A stretch of 55,597 bases of DNA from Lama guanicoe (taxonomy: Eukaryota). Of this stretch, positions 35,810 through 48,917 are shown one piece after another. How positions within the stretch are numbered: the stretch's first letter is position 1; each line of letters begins with the position of its first letter. The stretch covers positions 19,876,200-19,931,796 of the forward strand of contig MU054187.1 in the NCBI GenBank assembly GCA_013239625.1, given 5' to 3'. The notes beneath the pieces are model-generated. The model had not been told where the DNA came from and searched no databases. It was given only the letters and a program-made list of their open reading frames with translations. The translations under genes and the position numbers were made by a program.

Positions 35810-36248
35810 GCCTCTAGCACCTTGAAGCTACTGGCTCTGATAAAAGTTAGTGATGTTTGGAGGAAAAATGTCCCATATTTAAGTTCATCTTGAGTTAAAA
35901 ATCAAAAAAAAAAAATTGCAGAGCCTAAATTGATGAACTGCTAAAATTCATTACAGTAATTTTGAATGTTCATGTGCATATAGTTTTCTTTATTTGTAAG
36001 AACCTCAGATTATAGCATTTCTCTACAGACTCCCATTTATTTTCTTCCTATCACTGTTAAGAAACAAACAAGAGGCATTTTTCTCATTTTGTGGACGAGC
36101 AAAATGAAGCAAGGCTAAGTGAGCGGAAATATAGTGACAGAGAAGGGAATAAGTATCTCCTGATTCCAAGCCTGCTGCCTCCAGCACTTTGAAGCAGCTG
36201 GCTTCTATGAAAGTTAGTGATATTTGGAGGAAAATGTCACCATTAAAG
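35810..36248 (+). repeat. Diverged direct repeat of about 72 bp (35810-35883 and 36177-36248)
   Basis: gcctctagcaccttgaagctactggct...aaagttagtgatgtttggaggaaaaatgtc versus gcctccagcactttgaagcagctggct...aaagttagtgatatttggaggaaaatgtc. Confidence 0.9.
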
Positions 36249-37399
36249 CATACTACAGCTCGTACTGGACCAAAGGGATTCTGTGACTACCATGGGAATG
36301 CAACGCAGTGATGTTTTTGAAAAGTCATGTGGATCTGTAATTGTGAAAAGGAGGTAATTTTCTTTGATTACTGCAAGAGTCCGTTAACTGATTAGAAAGG
36401 GTTCTTAATAATATAGGAGGCATGAGAATTCCTGCAAGCTTCTCCTGACTGTGCAATCCATTTGGGGACTCATTATTGAAATATCATTTAATGCCTAAAA
36501 TAAGAATATTGAACATTTTCAGACAACACCTATTGTGAGGACTGTGAATAACCAATTTTCTTTTTCTGGGATCAGCATTATATTTATATATATTTAACCT
36601 TTTTCCTAATTACAATATGTGTTCATAAAGTAAAAGTTTTTATGCAAAGATGCAAAACCAAATTGTCTACGATTCTCTCACTTTGGTTAATTATTTTTCA
36701 GATTTTTTTTTTCAAATTTTAAAGTAAGCCTGCATACAGAACTTTACAAAAAGGGGTTTGCGGGTCTGTTAAGGGAACTCCAACTAATAACATCCTTTTT
36801 CCACATCTGAAAAGTTAGAGGAAGAAACCCCAAAGGAGGATTGAGGCAAAAATGATGTTTATTACTAACAGAGGGTAGGCAGAGCAAGTAGCTTTATATC
36901 TGTTAACCAAATAGGCTTGCTAATAGGAAATTCCAAGATCATGCAGATTCCCTGTTTCTAGTCTCTGGTTCTAAACTGGGTCGTGGCCCACGCAAGAACC
37001 CTACCCAGGTAAAACTTACAGCCTGGAGGAGAGGAAAGTCTGTGTTCTCTGCAGGAAAGCTCGTCTCAAGAGGAAGTGAGTGGAGCTAAGCAGGGTCAAG
37101 TGAATGTCCGTTATACAAATTAGTTTCCTTTGACTGGAATAACACATCAATATGGAGAAGTATTTCCCATCAATAGGGTCACACAATACCTGTTGGTTTT
37201 TATGTTGCACACACTCCTCACCCTTTAACCAGGAAACTTGATTTTTCTCTAGACTTTTCTCTAGATTCTGTGTGAACGCACTGGAGTTGCATTAGCCATG
37301 CATGGTCTTAGGCATATAGCATGAATCAAAACTGGAAGTTTATTATTATTATTATTTATTATTATTGTTATGTACAAAGGAAAAAATTTTTAAAAAAAC

Positions 37400-38980
37400 A
37401 ATATGAGAGGAAGACGGATGCTGCCCCACTTCAAGACTTACTATAAAGTGACAGTGGTCAAGATAGTGTGACCTTGGAAAAAGAATAAACAAATAGATCA
37501 GTGGATCAGAATAGATAGCCCAAAGATGGATGCACATAAATATGATCAACTAATCTTGGATGAAGAGAGAAAGTTAATACAATGGGAAAAAGACAGTCTT
37601 TTCAACAAATGGCACTGGAACAACTGGACATCCACATGCAAAAGAAATGAATCCAGATACGGACCTTGTATCCTTCACAAAAATTAGTTCAAAGTGGATC
37701 ATAGACCTAAATGTTAAATGCAAAACTATAAAACTCCTAGAAGGTGACATAGGAGAAAACCTAGATGACCTGGGATTTGTGAGTGACTTTTCAGATACAA
37801 CACCAAGGGCGTGATCCATAAAAGAAAGAACTGATAAGTTGGACTTCATTCACATTAAAAACTGCTTATGAGAGACAATCTTAAAAGGATGAAAAGACAA
37901 GTCACAGACAGAAAATTTGCAAAAGCCCGAGAAAGCTGATAAAGGACTCTTATCCAACTACACAAAGAACATTTAAAGCTCAACAATAAGAAAACAAACA
38001 ACTCAGGAAATGGGTCAAAGACTTTAACAGATCCTTCAGCAAAGAAGATATATAGATGGCAAATAAGCATATGAAAAGATGCTCCACATCAAATGTCATC
38101 AGGGAGATGTAAATTAAAGCAATGAGATACCACTTGCTTCACCCCTATTAGAATGGCTAAAATCTAGAACACAAACAACACCGAGTACTGGTGAGGATAT
38201 GGAGCAACAGAAACTCTCATTCATTGCTGGCAGGAATACAAAATGGTACAGCCACTTTGGAAGATAGTTTGGTGGTTTCTTACAAAACTAGGCATGCTCT
38301 TACCAGAAGATCCAGGAGTTACATTCCTTGGTATTTACCCAAAGGAGCTGAAAACTTATGTCTTCACAAAACCCTGCACATACATGTTTATAGCAGCTTT
38401 ATGCATAATTGCCGAAACTTAGAAGCAACCAAGATGCCCTTCAGTAGGTGAGTAAACTGTGGTACATCTAGACAACAGATTATGATTCAGTACTAGAAAG
38501 AAATGAGCTATCAAGCCATGAAAAGACATGGAGGAACCTCAAATACATGTTACTAAGTGAGAAAAACTCATCTAAAAAGGCTATGTATTGTCTGTATGCC
38601 CGGAGAAGGCAAAACTATGGAGACAGTAAAAAATATCATTGGTTAGGAAGGAGGGAAGGATAAATTGGCAGAGCACAAAGGATTTTTAGGGCAATAAAAT
38701 TACTGACTATGATACTATAATAGTGAATACTTGTCATTATAAACTTGTCCAAACTCATAGAAGGTACACCACCAAGAGTGAACCCTAATATAAACTACAG
38801 ATCCTGGGTGATGATATGTCAGTGTGGTTTCATCAGTTGTAACAAATATACCATTCTAATGGGGGATTTAAAAGTAGGAGAGGGTATACATGTTCAGGGG
38901 CAGAGATATACGGGAAACCATTGTACTTTGTGCTCAGTTTTGCTGTGAACCTAAAACTGTTCTAAAAAATAAAGTCTCTT
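37400..38980 (+). mobile_element. Old LINE-1 (L1MC1/2-like), degraded ORF2 3' part plus 3'UTR
   Basis: Frameshifted ORF2 remnants (e.g. 'cttttcaacaaatggcactggaacaactggacatccacatgc'); L1MC-type end 'tttgctgtgaacctaaaactgttctaaaaaataaagtct'. Confidence 0.9.
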
Positions 38981-40812
38981 TAGTTCTGTGCTAAATTGGC
39001 TTACTTAAACTCTAATTATTAAAAGTAGAAATGCATCAATATTGGCTTAAATAGTCAAAAAGGACTTAATGAAGGAAGTTGGACATGATTTGATCCATGA
39101 AGGATTGGATACACTTTGGCTGTGGTTCAGAAGGGGAATAACATTAACAAAGATGCAACAGTGTTGGAGGCTCAGAGAACTTAATTATGTCAAATTAGAA
39201 CACTAGTTTAATCTTTGGCTTTCTTCTTAAAGTGGCTTTGGAAAATACATGTTGAAACTTCAGAGCTGTACTGAGTGAATCCAGTTCAGTACCTTCACCA
39301 TTGTGATAATTCTGCTTTCTCCCACTGTTCTTTGGACCATCTGTATTTTCTTGATATTTATAACAAAATAATGAGAATAGTAAGAATTGGAAGATTGAAT
39401 CTGAATAGTACTAGCACTTAGAAGAGTCACCTCTGTGGGAACTTAACTTCTAATCTCATGAAGTGATTATGAATAGCCTTTAATTACCATTGACTTGGAC
39501 ATATTTGTTGTAACCACTAAGTGATAACTCTGGCCTAAACGTTCGGGTTACATTACACAGTAATAGTAGCAACAGTTATCAAGTATTTCATGCAAGTTAA
39601 CAGTACACAGAAGATTCAGTGAAAATTGCCAAAACCAAGAATATCAGCATCTAAAAAATGTTATTCATCAGGGGCTAGTATAAATTCTGTAATAAAGAGG
39701 GTCTGGTCCACTGTACTTTCATATGATATTGCTTGTTCTTATGAAATGTTGAATCAACCATAATCTTTTATATTTATGAATTGTGATTTCTTGGTACTTT
39801 TGATAATAACATGTGCAACTGTGGAGTTCTTTACCATTTGGTACCTGTATATGCTGAGAATAATAACAAAAAAAAACCCCATTACATTAAATAATCACTG
39901 AAGCCAGTAAGTATTTTGTACCAGAATAAATTCTACAGGTAGACTTCTGATTCATAAACAGATACGTGAAAGATTCAGTTAGGATTAGGGTTCTGAGTTA
40001 TGTTAGCCATTATTTTTTCTCCCTCTTGAGAAAATCTAAGACCCAAGACAAAGCTAGAACGTAACAGCTTCTATCACATAATCAAGACATTCTTCACATA
40101 GTAACTAATCCCAAACCATCAGGGTGTGGATTATGCTTTTTTTTTTTTTTTTTAAAGAAAATGGGTTTTGCTTTTAAAGTCACTAATGTTTAACTTCAAA
40201 AATTCAATTATTATAATTCTATCTTCTGCCTACACAGTCAGCAATTTGTAAAATTTTAAAATTCTTATATCATTTTCATGTGGTTTACCATTAAATTGTA
40301 CATGTGATGTATTCTAATATGTAAAAAGTGTTTCCTTTTGTCTCACAAAATATTTTGAACCTAATTATTTTTTTTCAATAAAACACGCATTTTACCATAG
40401 TCTTTTCCACCTCGCATGTCTTGGTGGTGGTTTATTTGCTAATGTGACTTTTCTCCTCAGCATCATATCCACTGAATGTTTGTGAAATATTTGAACTCAG
40501 CTTCATTGGATAACCTTTTTATCTCACACTGATCATTCTATTGGCTATTTTTTTAGATAATAGACATATTTATTTAAAGTTTTATGTTATGATAGTATGA
40601 TATAATGTAATAAATACATCTTATTAGTTTCCTAATATTCATTTTGGCCTTGAGTAGCTTACTCCTTTAGAATGTATTTATTTATGATATCATTATGGTA
40701 CCCATAATGATACATGACTTTATAAACTTGTATAAAGATTTACACTTTTCCAAAAAGTCTTACCATAATTTTTTAAGGGCACTGTACAAGTAATTAATGC
40801 TGTATGTTTTCT

Positions 40813-40952
40813 TTTTTTTTAAGATTTTTTTGAGGGGGGAGGTTATTGGGTTTATTTATTTATTTTTATTTAATGGAGGTACTGGGGATTCAAACCCAAG
40901 ACCTTGTTCATGCCAAGCGTGTGCTCTACCACTGAGCTATACCCTCCCCACC
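40813..40952 (-). mobile_element. tRNA-Ala-derived camelid SINE (vic-1-type), long-tailed
   Basis: Minus strand reads ggggagggtatagctcagtggtagagc...gggtttgaatccccagtacctcc plus an A-rich tail; perfect 17-bp TSD aatgctgtatgttttct (40796-40812, 40953-40969). Confidence 0.92.
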
Positions 40953-43688
40953 AATGCTGTATGTTTTCTAAGAGACGGTAACTTCCTACTGGGAAAATTA
41001 AAGAACCAATTCCAGGAAAATCGAAGTTTGACCTACATAAATGAGCTCTCATGATGACACTGAAAGTGATTGCTCTGTGTGGCGCAAGTGGGGCAGAAAA
41101 AAATGGCAGTTGTGTCTCTAGCTGTGTATAATAAAGAACTCTTGTAAAAGGTTGGTTTAGAATTGTTGTGTTGTTAATCTCTCTCTGATTCATTGTCTAT
41201 ACCATTGCTCAAAACAACAACAATGAAAGCAATCACATTTCCTTTGGGCACAATAGTGTGTAATTGACATGTGTGTCTGCCATTTTGGTTTAGTAACTGT
41301 GTTATAACAATGCTATATCTTTTACTGTTGTGATTCATTAGGTACCTGCTTATGGCTCTGCCATTTCTTTCATTATATGTTAGCTCTTGAGCAAATGTCT
41401 GTTACTTATTCTCCAGCCAAGACTAACCCAGTGAGATTATTAGAAGCAATCCTTTCAGAACTGATAGCTTGGCTTTGTTCTACGACATTAGTTGGTGATT
41501 TTTTTTTTTGCAATAAATGTTTTATCACTAAGGTGATACTGAAGAAGTTTGATTAGAGATCAAAGACTCTGTCAAATAAAGAAGGGTTTCTCTGGGGCTG
41601 AAATAGAGCATGCTACCCAGGAAGCCTTAAGATAGAGCATGAACTCTTAAGAAACATATTAGAGTGATGTCGGATGAGTCAAAATTATGTGTCATGTCAA
41701 AGTTACAAGAAGATAAGAATGTCTGTTGGAATGATCATGTTTGAGGATAGTCAATCTAGTGTGTATGTGTTACATGTGACATAAATTCATATTTATGTCA
41801 AATATAAGGTTTTAGAAACTTTATAGCGATTCTCTACAGTACACAGGTCAGCAGTGCTACTGCCTATGAATAGAAGAGAATGATTTCGATAGGTTTGTCT
41901 CAAGTTAGTCACCTAACACATAAGTTAGTGATTAAGAAAACATTTTTTAACATTTTACCTTTAGGAAGGATGTGTGCTAATTTCCTCATTTTCCAAAGCA
42001 CCTTTAGATACTGCCCCAAATGATTAATTCAAAGCTAGAATTTAACTATATAGTTTAAAGTCATAGAGGCAACCATTGGGATATCTCAAATGAATAATAT
42101 TCTATTAGGTGGAGGGGAGAGAAGAAAAGGACAGCAAGGTAGGTGCCCAAATTTTTCATCTCTCATGATGAGGAAACCAAGGACACTGCCAGGCATTTAG
42201 GAATAAAGAGAGACATAGATACATTGTGGTGATGGCAACCAGTAAAATAACTAAAAATAAAAATGTTGTAATACCTGTTTTAGAAGACTAGAGCTGGCAG
42301 GTCAGATCTGAGGAAAGAGACCTTACCTTACCTTCTTGCTCTTAACTTCCGTACTGTTTGAATTTATTCTTTCATGCGTATCCTGTGTCTTTAGAAGAAA
42401 CTCTCCTTTGGTATTTTCATTTTCTATTCTCACTGTTTATATGTTTTGTAATCACATGCTGCTCTACCCAGATCTCGAATAGCTTAGATCTCTACATCTC
42501 TCTATGGGAATGAGCCATCTCTTATGATCTCCAAGAGCATTTTCCCTGGGTTTGTGCCCCTGCCAATCCTCTGGGTGGGACTGCCTACACTGGGTCAACA
42601 CTGTCAGATTGAAGGCTTAGTGCAGCAAGATAGTTGTTATAGAATATGGTTCCAAAGGTTAGAACAAAGATCTACATGCATATGTAAGAAGAAGGGAAAA
42701 GTCAGAGGTAGAATGAATTCTTTCTGGAGGTTAGGACTTAGCTGAGGACTTACCAGTGGAAGTTTCAGCTTAGGGGAGGTGCATTAGCTTCATTCATTAA
42801 GTCGGCCCTAGGACAAGATTGTGGCTGAACTTTTGCCTTATAGGAGTGTGGGGTATATGCAAGAAATCTTTTTTTCTTTTGATTTGTAGAAGATGTTGTG
42901 CACAGCCTCTAGGGTAGTATTTCTCCATGTATGATCCATTTGTACCCTGACTGAGAATCAGTTTGGGTATTTGGAAATTTCTGAGTCCCAAAGTATACAC
43001 ATTACCTCAGAATCTTTCAGTCCTGGGAATCTGAACTGTCCGTAAGCTCCCCAGATGGTTCTCTTACCCACTTTAGTGTGAGAGTCTCTGCATGGAAAGC
43101 AGAAGCACCTACAAAAATTGTCCTAGAGAAGAATGTTTCAAGAATGTGGCTCTTATGTGACCATCACAATGTGTGCAGTGAAATAGTGTCTGGGGAGAAG
43201 ATGGCCAACTCAAGATTTTTTTTTTTAATTGTGTACATTTTTGTTTTCATAGTTTGATCCCCTCTCTTCCTCTTATATTATTTTTCTTTCACTTCATGCG
43301 ATAGCAATAGTTATGAATGCTAATGAGGCAATAGTTAATCCAAACCCAGACTCTCATTTTCAGGTAATTATTTGAAACTAGAACAGCACTTAACACCACT
43401 GACTTACCTGTTTTGGGAGGTTAACTGATTGAAAAGCTCAAGCAGGTTTTTTTTTTTTTATTTATGTTTTATTTTCAAAGCTGCTTAAGAGAAAGAAAAG
43501 GAAAAAAAAAGAATATTTTGCCTTGTGATGTTTTTCTGCCATCATTTTATATTATTAAAATATGGAGCGTGTTTGTGATTTCTCTGTTCTGAAAAATAGG
43601 ATGGCAGAACAATATGAATTGCTGGGAGAAGCACAACTGAAAACTGACTCAAATTTATTCAGCCAGAAATATTTAAGGAGATGCAATA

Positions 43689-43772
43689 GGGGGAGGGGAT
43701 AGCTCAGTGGTAGAGTGCATTCTCTGCATGCACGAGGTCCTGTGTTCAATCCCTGGCACTCCGTTAAAAAAA
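43689..43772 (+). mobile_element. tRNA-Ala-derived camelid SINE (vic-1-type), short form
   Basis: Pol III A box (tagctcagtgg), B box (gttcaatcc), A8 tail; degenerate TSD agatgcaatag/agatgcagtgg. Confidence 0.88.
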
Positions 43773-46631
43773 AGATGCAGTGGAGGAGGGTAATGTTTTA
43801 GACAAATTATCCAGATGATTAAGGGAAAGCAAATAAAAGTTTCGGGTTTCATTAACTAGGTATATTTTTTTACACTGTCTGAAACCAGCATAGTTTGTGG
43901 GCTGTAAATTTTAGCCCAAACTCTCATTGGCCTAGTAAGACAGATTAATGAGACACACTCTTCATTTATTACACAAAAACAAAATGCCGTGATCTCATCT
44001 TTGCTACAATGAGAGAGGATTTTTTCTGTTTGAGGTTTTTATTTTTGTTTTTAGCTGAAGACAACCATTAAATCAAACCTCAGCCTGTTTGCTACAGTCT
44101 TACACTTGGCCAGGTTAGTGCTGAAAATGTGTCTTCCTGAGAGCCCCTGTTGCACTTGGGTGCTTGTTTACATTTGGAGCTGTGTAGTGATACATCACAC
44201 CATCTTTTTAAAGCAAAATCCATTTCAAACGACTGTGTCCTGTCTTTAAGTTTCCAACCAACCTACCATTCTAAGAAAAGCTGAAATAACTACCGCGAGC
44301 AGCAGGATTTTGGCTAAATTTCACACATCATTAATCTTGTGATGTTCACTCATAAAGTCTGGATAGTTTGGGTGACTTTTCCTTTTCATACGCACTTTTA
44401 AACCGTGTAATGTTGCTCTGCTGTCTCCTCAGAGGTGGCTGTGATATCGTTGTGTGTGAAATGATCCTGTTTATAGGTAGATGTCATCTTGTTAAATCTG
44501 GGAAGTGATTAAGGGGGTTCTTTGGTTTGAGAAACATGTAAAGATCTTGTGACTGTTGCCGTTCATGAATTCAGATTCAACCATGTAGATTACAGCCCTT
44601 TTTTTCTTTTTCTTTTGAAATGAAAAGACGAGAGCTTTTAAAATTATTCTTAAGATGGCATGTGCTCTTTAGTAGAATCTGAAATGTAACTGTAATAAAT
44701 ATTCACTAATCTACAAGACTTGCACACAGAGTTTATCACCATTGCAATTTCAAGTTTTCATTATCTGGCTCCAGCACTGTCACTTTGGACCAGCTCATTT
44801 TCCCCCCTTTGATAGTGACAACAAAAGGGCTAGACCTTTTTTATATTTTGTGGTTATGTTTAGGCTTAGTAAAAAAATCTTATAATATTCATTCATTCAT
44901 GCATGCTTGTCTCCTGGGATAAGGTAACCATATCATTTGCTTCAGTTCTTTCCTTTTCTTGTTTAAATTCTGAAGCTCTTCTTTTTACTTCTAAATTCAT
45001 TTTCTTTAGTACATCCAATTCTCTCCGGCGCTCCCACGAACAGCTGTGGGTGGTGATGGGGCGATGTACTGAGATAGTGCTTCCGTACTCTGCACATCCC
45101 CCCGGAGCGGCTTTATAGAACATGGGAAGGTACAGTACAGCTCTGTGGCAGATGGACTTTCAAACAGCATTCACTGAGATCTTCCCCTTTCATATCAAGA
45201 AACACAAGCTCTGTACCCTACTTAGTATGCTGACATTTCACACTTGATATCCTCATCTATTCTCCCTTTCACCTGATGGCAAGGATGCGGATTGAGGTGC
45301 CCTTTTCAAACAAAACATGCTTTCCTTTTTAGCATCTGTGAATGTTGACTACAACAAATCTACTTGGCTGGATTCTGCATGTTTTCTAGATCCCTATGTT
45401 GTACACCTAATGCAATGACGACCATGTGTTGGAAAAATAATAATAGTTCTCCAAGAGTTCCTTACCAGTCTGGCTCAATGCTTGCTATCTTTTAATATAT
45501 TTTTAGTTTAGTAATTGTTAAGAAAAATTTTTACTCCATCTTTTCATTTTTATCTCCACTAGTTTGAGCACTTGTGTTTTATTGATTTAAAATGTACAGA
45601 AATTGGTGCTAAAAGAACTCTTTGAACAGTTTGATGATATCAAATATATTGTTTAAAAAATCTTCAAGGTGAACAGCATTATCTGGCTTAATTTATGTCT
45701 TGTGCTTTAAACTTATTTTTACTTTGTATTCTGGAGCAATTAGATGACCAAGCAATTTTCCCAAATGGAAAAAAAAATGAGTTTTGCCAAAGAGATGGGG
45801 AATTGCACTGCATTTTAAGCTTCTTTATAAAAGGCAGTTTCAGATATCAAAAACTTTCAGCAGAAATATTGCATGCTTGTTCTTGGTCCTGCAGTAAATT
45901 TGGTTATGGAAAATTTAATACAGTCTGTGTGAAGAGTCTGGAGATAAGTAAGTATGTTGTTTCCTCTTGGGTAACTCCAAATTGTTTTCTTTAAACTTGT
46001 GATTTAGCAGGTAATCCTCTAGGTGAACCTTGACAATCTGGTTATATTGTAGCGCCAGGCCCTCTGAAAACAGCAGGTGATTGGCTGGCTGCCTCACCAG
46101 CTCTGGGCCTAGGGGAAAAAGACATGTGAATGTTTACGATGGATTTTAGTATGGGATTTATTTAGATGGGAAAGTATCCGTGGATGGTCATAAGGGAAGT
46201 TTTTAAGGGGTTTAGGACCCATTAGTGAATGGCAGTTTGAAAATTTCACTTGTACAAGTATAACTCCTGGTGCCACCTCTCCTGTTTGTTTGAAAGGGAG
46301 ACAAATGTTGTAAGATTTAAGATTAACCTATAGAAACAAACATTTGTCCTCTGAGAAATAGAAAATAATCTGGTGTAGGGGAGGGTTCAAAATCAGTGAC
46401 CCTGGCCATTTTGGGGTAGGAGGAGGTGGATCTTGCCAAAAGAGAATGGGCACAGCAGGAACAGGTTATTGTTTATGAGAGCAGCTAACAGTTTTAGGGC
46501 CACAGTTATGTGCCAGATGCTGGGCCAACTGCTTCATGTCTGTATTCACAGTTTATACTTAAAACCTTATATATTAGGAACAATTATTTCTCCTGTTGTA
46601 CAGGTGAGAGAATTGAGACTCAGAAAGATAA

Positions 46632-47478
46632 TGGTGGAAGACAGAATAATGGCTTACTCAAATATGTCCACATCCGAATCCCTGGGACCTGTGACTTTGT
46701 TATCTTACCAGGAAAATTACACTTTTCAGATGATTAAGATTAAGGACTTTGGGATGGCATGGGATGGGATGGAATGGGAGAGATTATCCTGGCTCATCTG
46801 GGTGGGTCCATCTTCATCACTTAAGTCTTTAAAAGAGGAAGCACCTTCTCTGGCTGTGGTTAGAGAGCCAGATGTGATGATGGAAGAAGGGTTGGAGAGA
46901 TACAAAATTATGTCTTTGAAGATGGAAGAAGGGTGCCATGAGCCAAAGAATGCAGGCATACTCTAGAAATTGGAAAATGCAAGGAAACAGATTCTCCCCT
47001 AGAGGCTTCAGAAAGTGTCTTAGTCTGTTTAGGCTGCTACAACAGAACCACAGATTGAGTGGCTTATAAATGACAGACATGTATTTCTCACTGTTTTGGA
47101 GGCTGGAACTCCAAGATCAGAGTGCCAGTATGGTTGGGTGAGGGCTCTGTGCCAGATTACAGACTTCGTGTTGTATCTTCATATGACAGAAGGGTCTAGA
47201 GAGCACAGTGGGGTCTCTTTTATGAGAGCACTAGTCCTATTCATGAGGGCTGAGCACCTCCCCAAAGCCCCACCTCCTAATGGTGTTACATCAGGCATTA
47301 GGATTTCAACATATGAAGTTTGGGAAGCCACAAACATTTGGACCATAGCAGAGAGAAACAGAGCATTGTAAATATCTTGATTTTAGCCCAGTGAAAACTA
47401 AGTCAGACTTCTGACTCCTAGAACTGAAAGATAATAAAAATGTGTTGTTTTAAGCCACTACATTTATGGTAATTTGTA
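46632..47478 (+). mobile_element. MLT1D-like MaLR LTR, interrupted by a second MaLR LTR
   Basis: 5' 'cagaataatggc...atgtccacatccgaatccctgggacctgtga'; 3' 'cagacttctgactcctagaactg...gttttaagccactacatttatggtaatttgt'. Confidence 0.85.
47016..47350 (-). mobile_element. MLT1A-like solo LTR nested in the MLT1D-like LTR
   Basis: TG...CA termini (tgtcttagtctgtttaggctgcta ... gaccatagca); 5-bp TSD gaaag/gagag. Confidence 0.88.
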
Positions 47479-48815
47479 GAAAATTAAGGCAATAATAGTA
47501 TTTGTACCCACAGAAGGTCTGAGAATGCCTCAGAATCTCTAGCAGGGCTGTGTAAGAGTTTAGGTCTTACTCTAGCTACTGCAAGAAGCCACAAAAATGT
47601 TTGTAGAGCAAGGGAGTAACATGAATTAAATAATTTATGCCTTGTGAAAATTAGATATGCAGAGAATGGATTGTAGGGGACAAAGTCGAGGCTGGGGGAC
47701 AAAGAGGACTATAATACATTACACAAAAAGATACCCACTCCTCTTCCCCAGTCCGCATAGGATTAATGAATGTTTCCTCCTGAAAGAGATTCTACATGAT
47801 TTATTGTCTCTAGAAAAAGGCAGAGAGGCTGCAATACATCTGCTTTATCTTTTAGTCAAGATTTCAACTGCCAAAACTATTAATTCCTCAAATGACTGGA
47901 TATAAACAACAAAGATTTCTTTCAACCTTGATGCCATACTAAAATTTGCCCTCTCTGTGTGGGCATTTGTATATTTTCCCCCAAATTTGGTAGTGTGATT
48001 TGGAGGCAAATATTAATTTAATCTGTCAGTTGGAAAGCTAACATATGAAGAAATAACTCTTCAGTATTAAGCTTATAGGCGAGTCATTCTAAATATCTCC
48101 TTTTGACGCTTAGCATAATTTATAAAATTCAGAATAAATAGCCAAGTTTATTAGGTATGAAATTATATCTAGTATGGATCTAATATCTCTACATATTACT
48201 ATTCTAATGATGAACTCACATTTATATAAGAAGCTCTATTTTGCAGTAAAGACATTACATGGAATTTAAAGGATGCCAAAAATGTAAGTGAATGCAAGTT
48301 CTAGTTTCATTTTGAATTAAAAAACCATCACTAGTGCAAAACACAACAATAATGACAAGCTAAGGCTTTATATAGAAGAAAAAGCCCTTTAAGGAATTAA
48401 AAAGCTAATCATCTTACAGCATAAACACTTATCCACACTGTTTATACGTAGTATTCTGCTTGTTAAAGAGATTTGAAGAGTCTGCATTAGTGTGTAGAGT
48501 TAGTGCCATGTTGGTGAATTAGAGTTGCTAACTACTTGAATTGTCAACTGTGCATTTTGATGGATTTTAGCCTTGAATGCTAATGTGGTTTTTAAAGTAT
48601 CATTTTGATGAATTTTATTGTTGCATTAGATACACTCTGGTTTTTCCAATCAGTCATGTCCACATCATCACCGTCAGTGGGCTACCATAGCATTAAATAT
48701 GACAGAGGTAAACATTATTGAAAGCTGTGCCTGTTACTGCAGTTTTACAGTAGCGTCATTTTGTTTTTATTTCCTTTGATTTTATGCTGATATGGGTTTC
48801 AGCAGTATTTGCCTG

Positions 48816-48917
48816 CAGCCTCTTTCAACTTTTCCTTTTAATTAAAAAGCCTAATTGGGAGTAATAAAAACTTCCAATTAAGCCTTTTAAATAAAAACTG
48901 AAAGCTGAAAGTGGCTG
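48816..48917. repeat. Long imperfect inverted repeat (about 46-bp arms, 9-nt spacer)
   Basis: 48816-48861 aligns to the reverse complement of 48871-48917 at roughly 37 of 47 positions by eye. Confidence 0.85.

Noticed and set aside
36765..37230. Possible old ERVL LTR
   Set aside because: Composition is suggestive, but I could not define termini, a TSD or a family.
43689..43772. tRNA-Ala gene
   Set aside because: It has an A-tail, a TSD and SINE-type ends and lacks a clean acceptor stem, so it is a SINE. The same applies to 40813-40952.
43850..43952. Possible hairpin centred near 43907
   Set aside because: Only short, gapped complementary patches; not distinguishable from chance by eye.
46433..46966. 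177-aa ORF
   Set aside because: Made of MIR and MLT1D sequence, with a non-ATG start.
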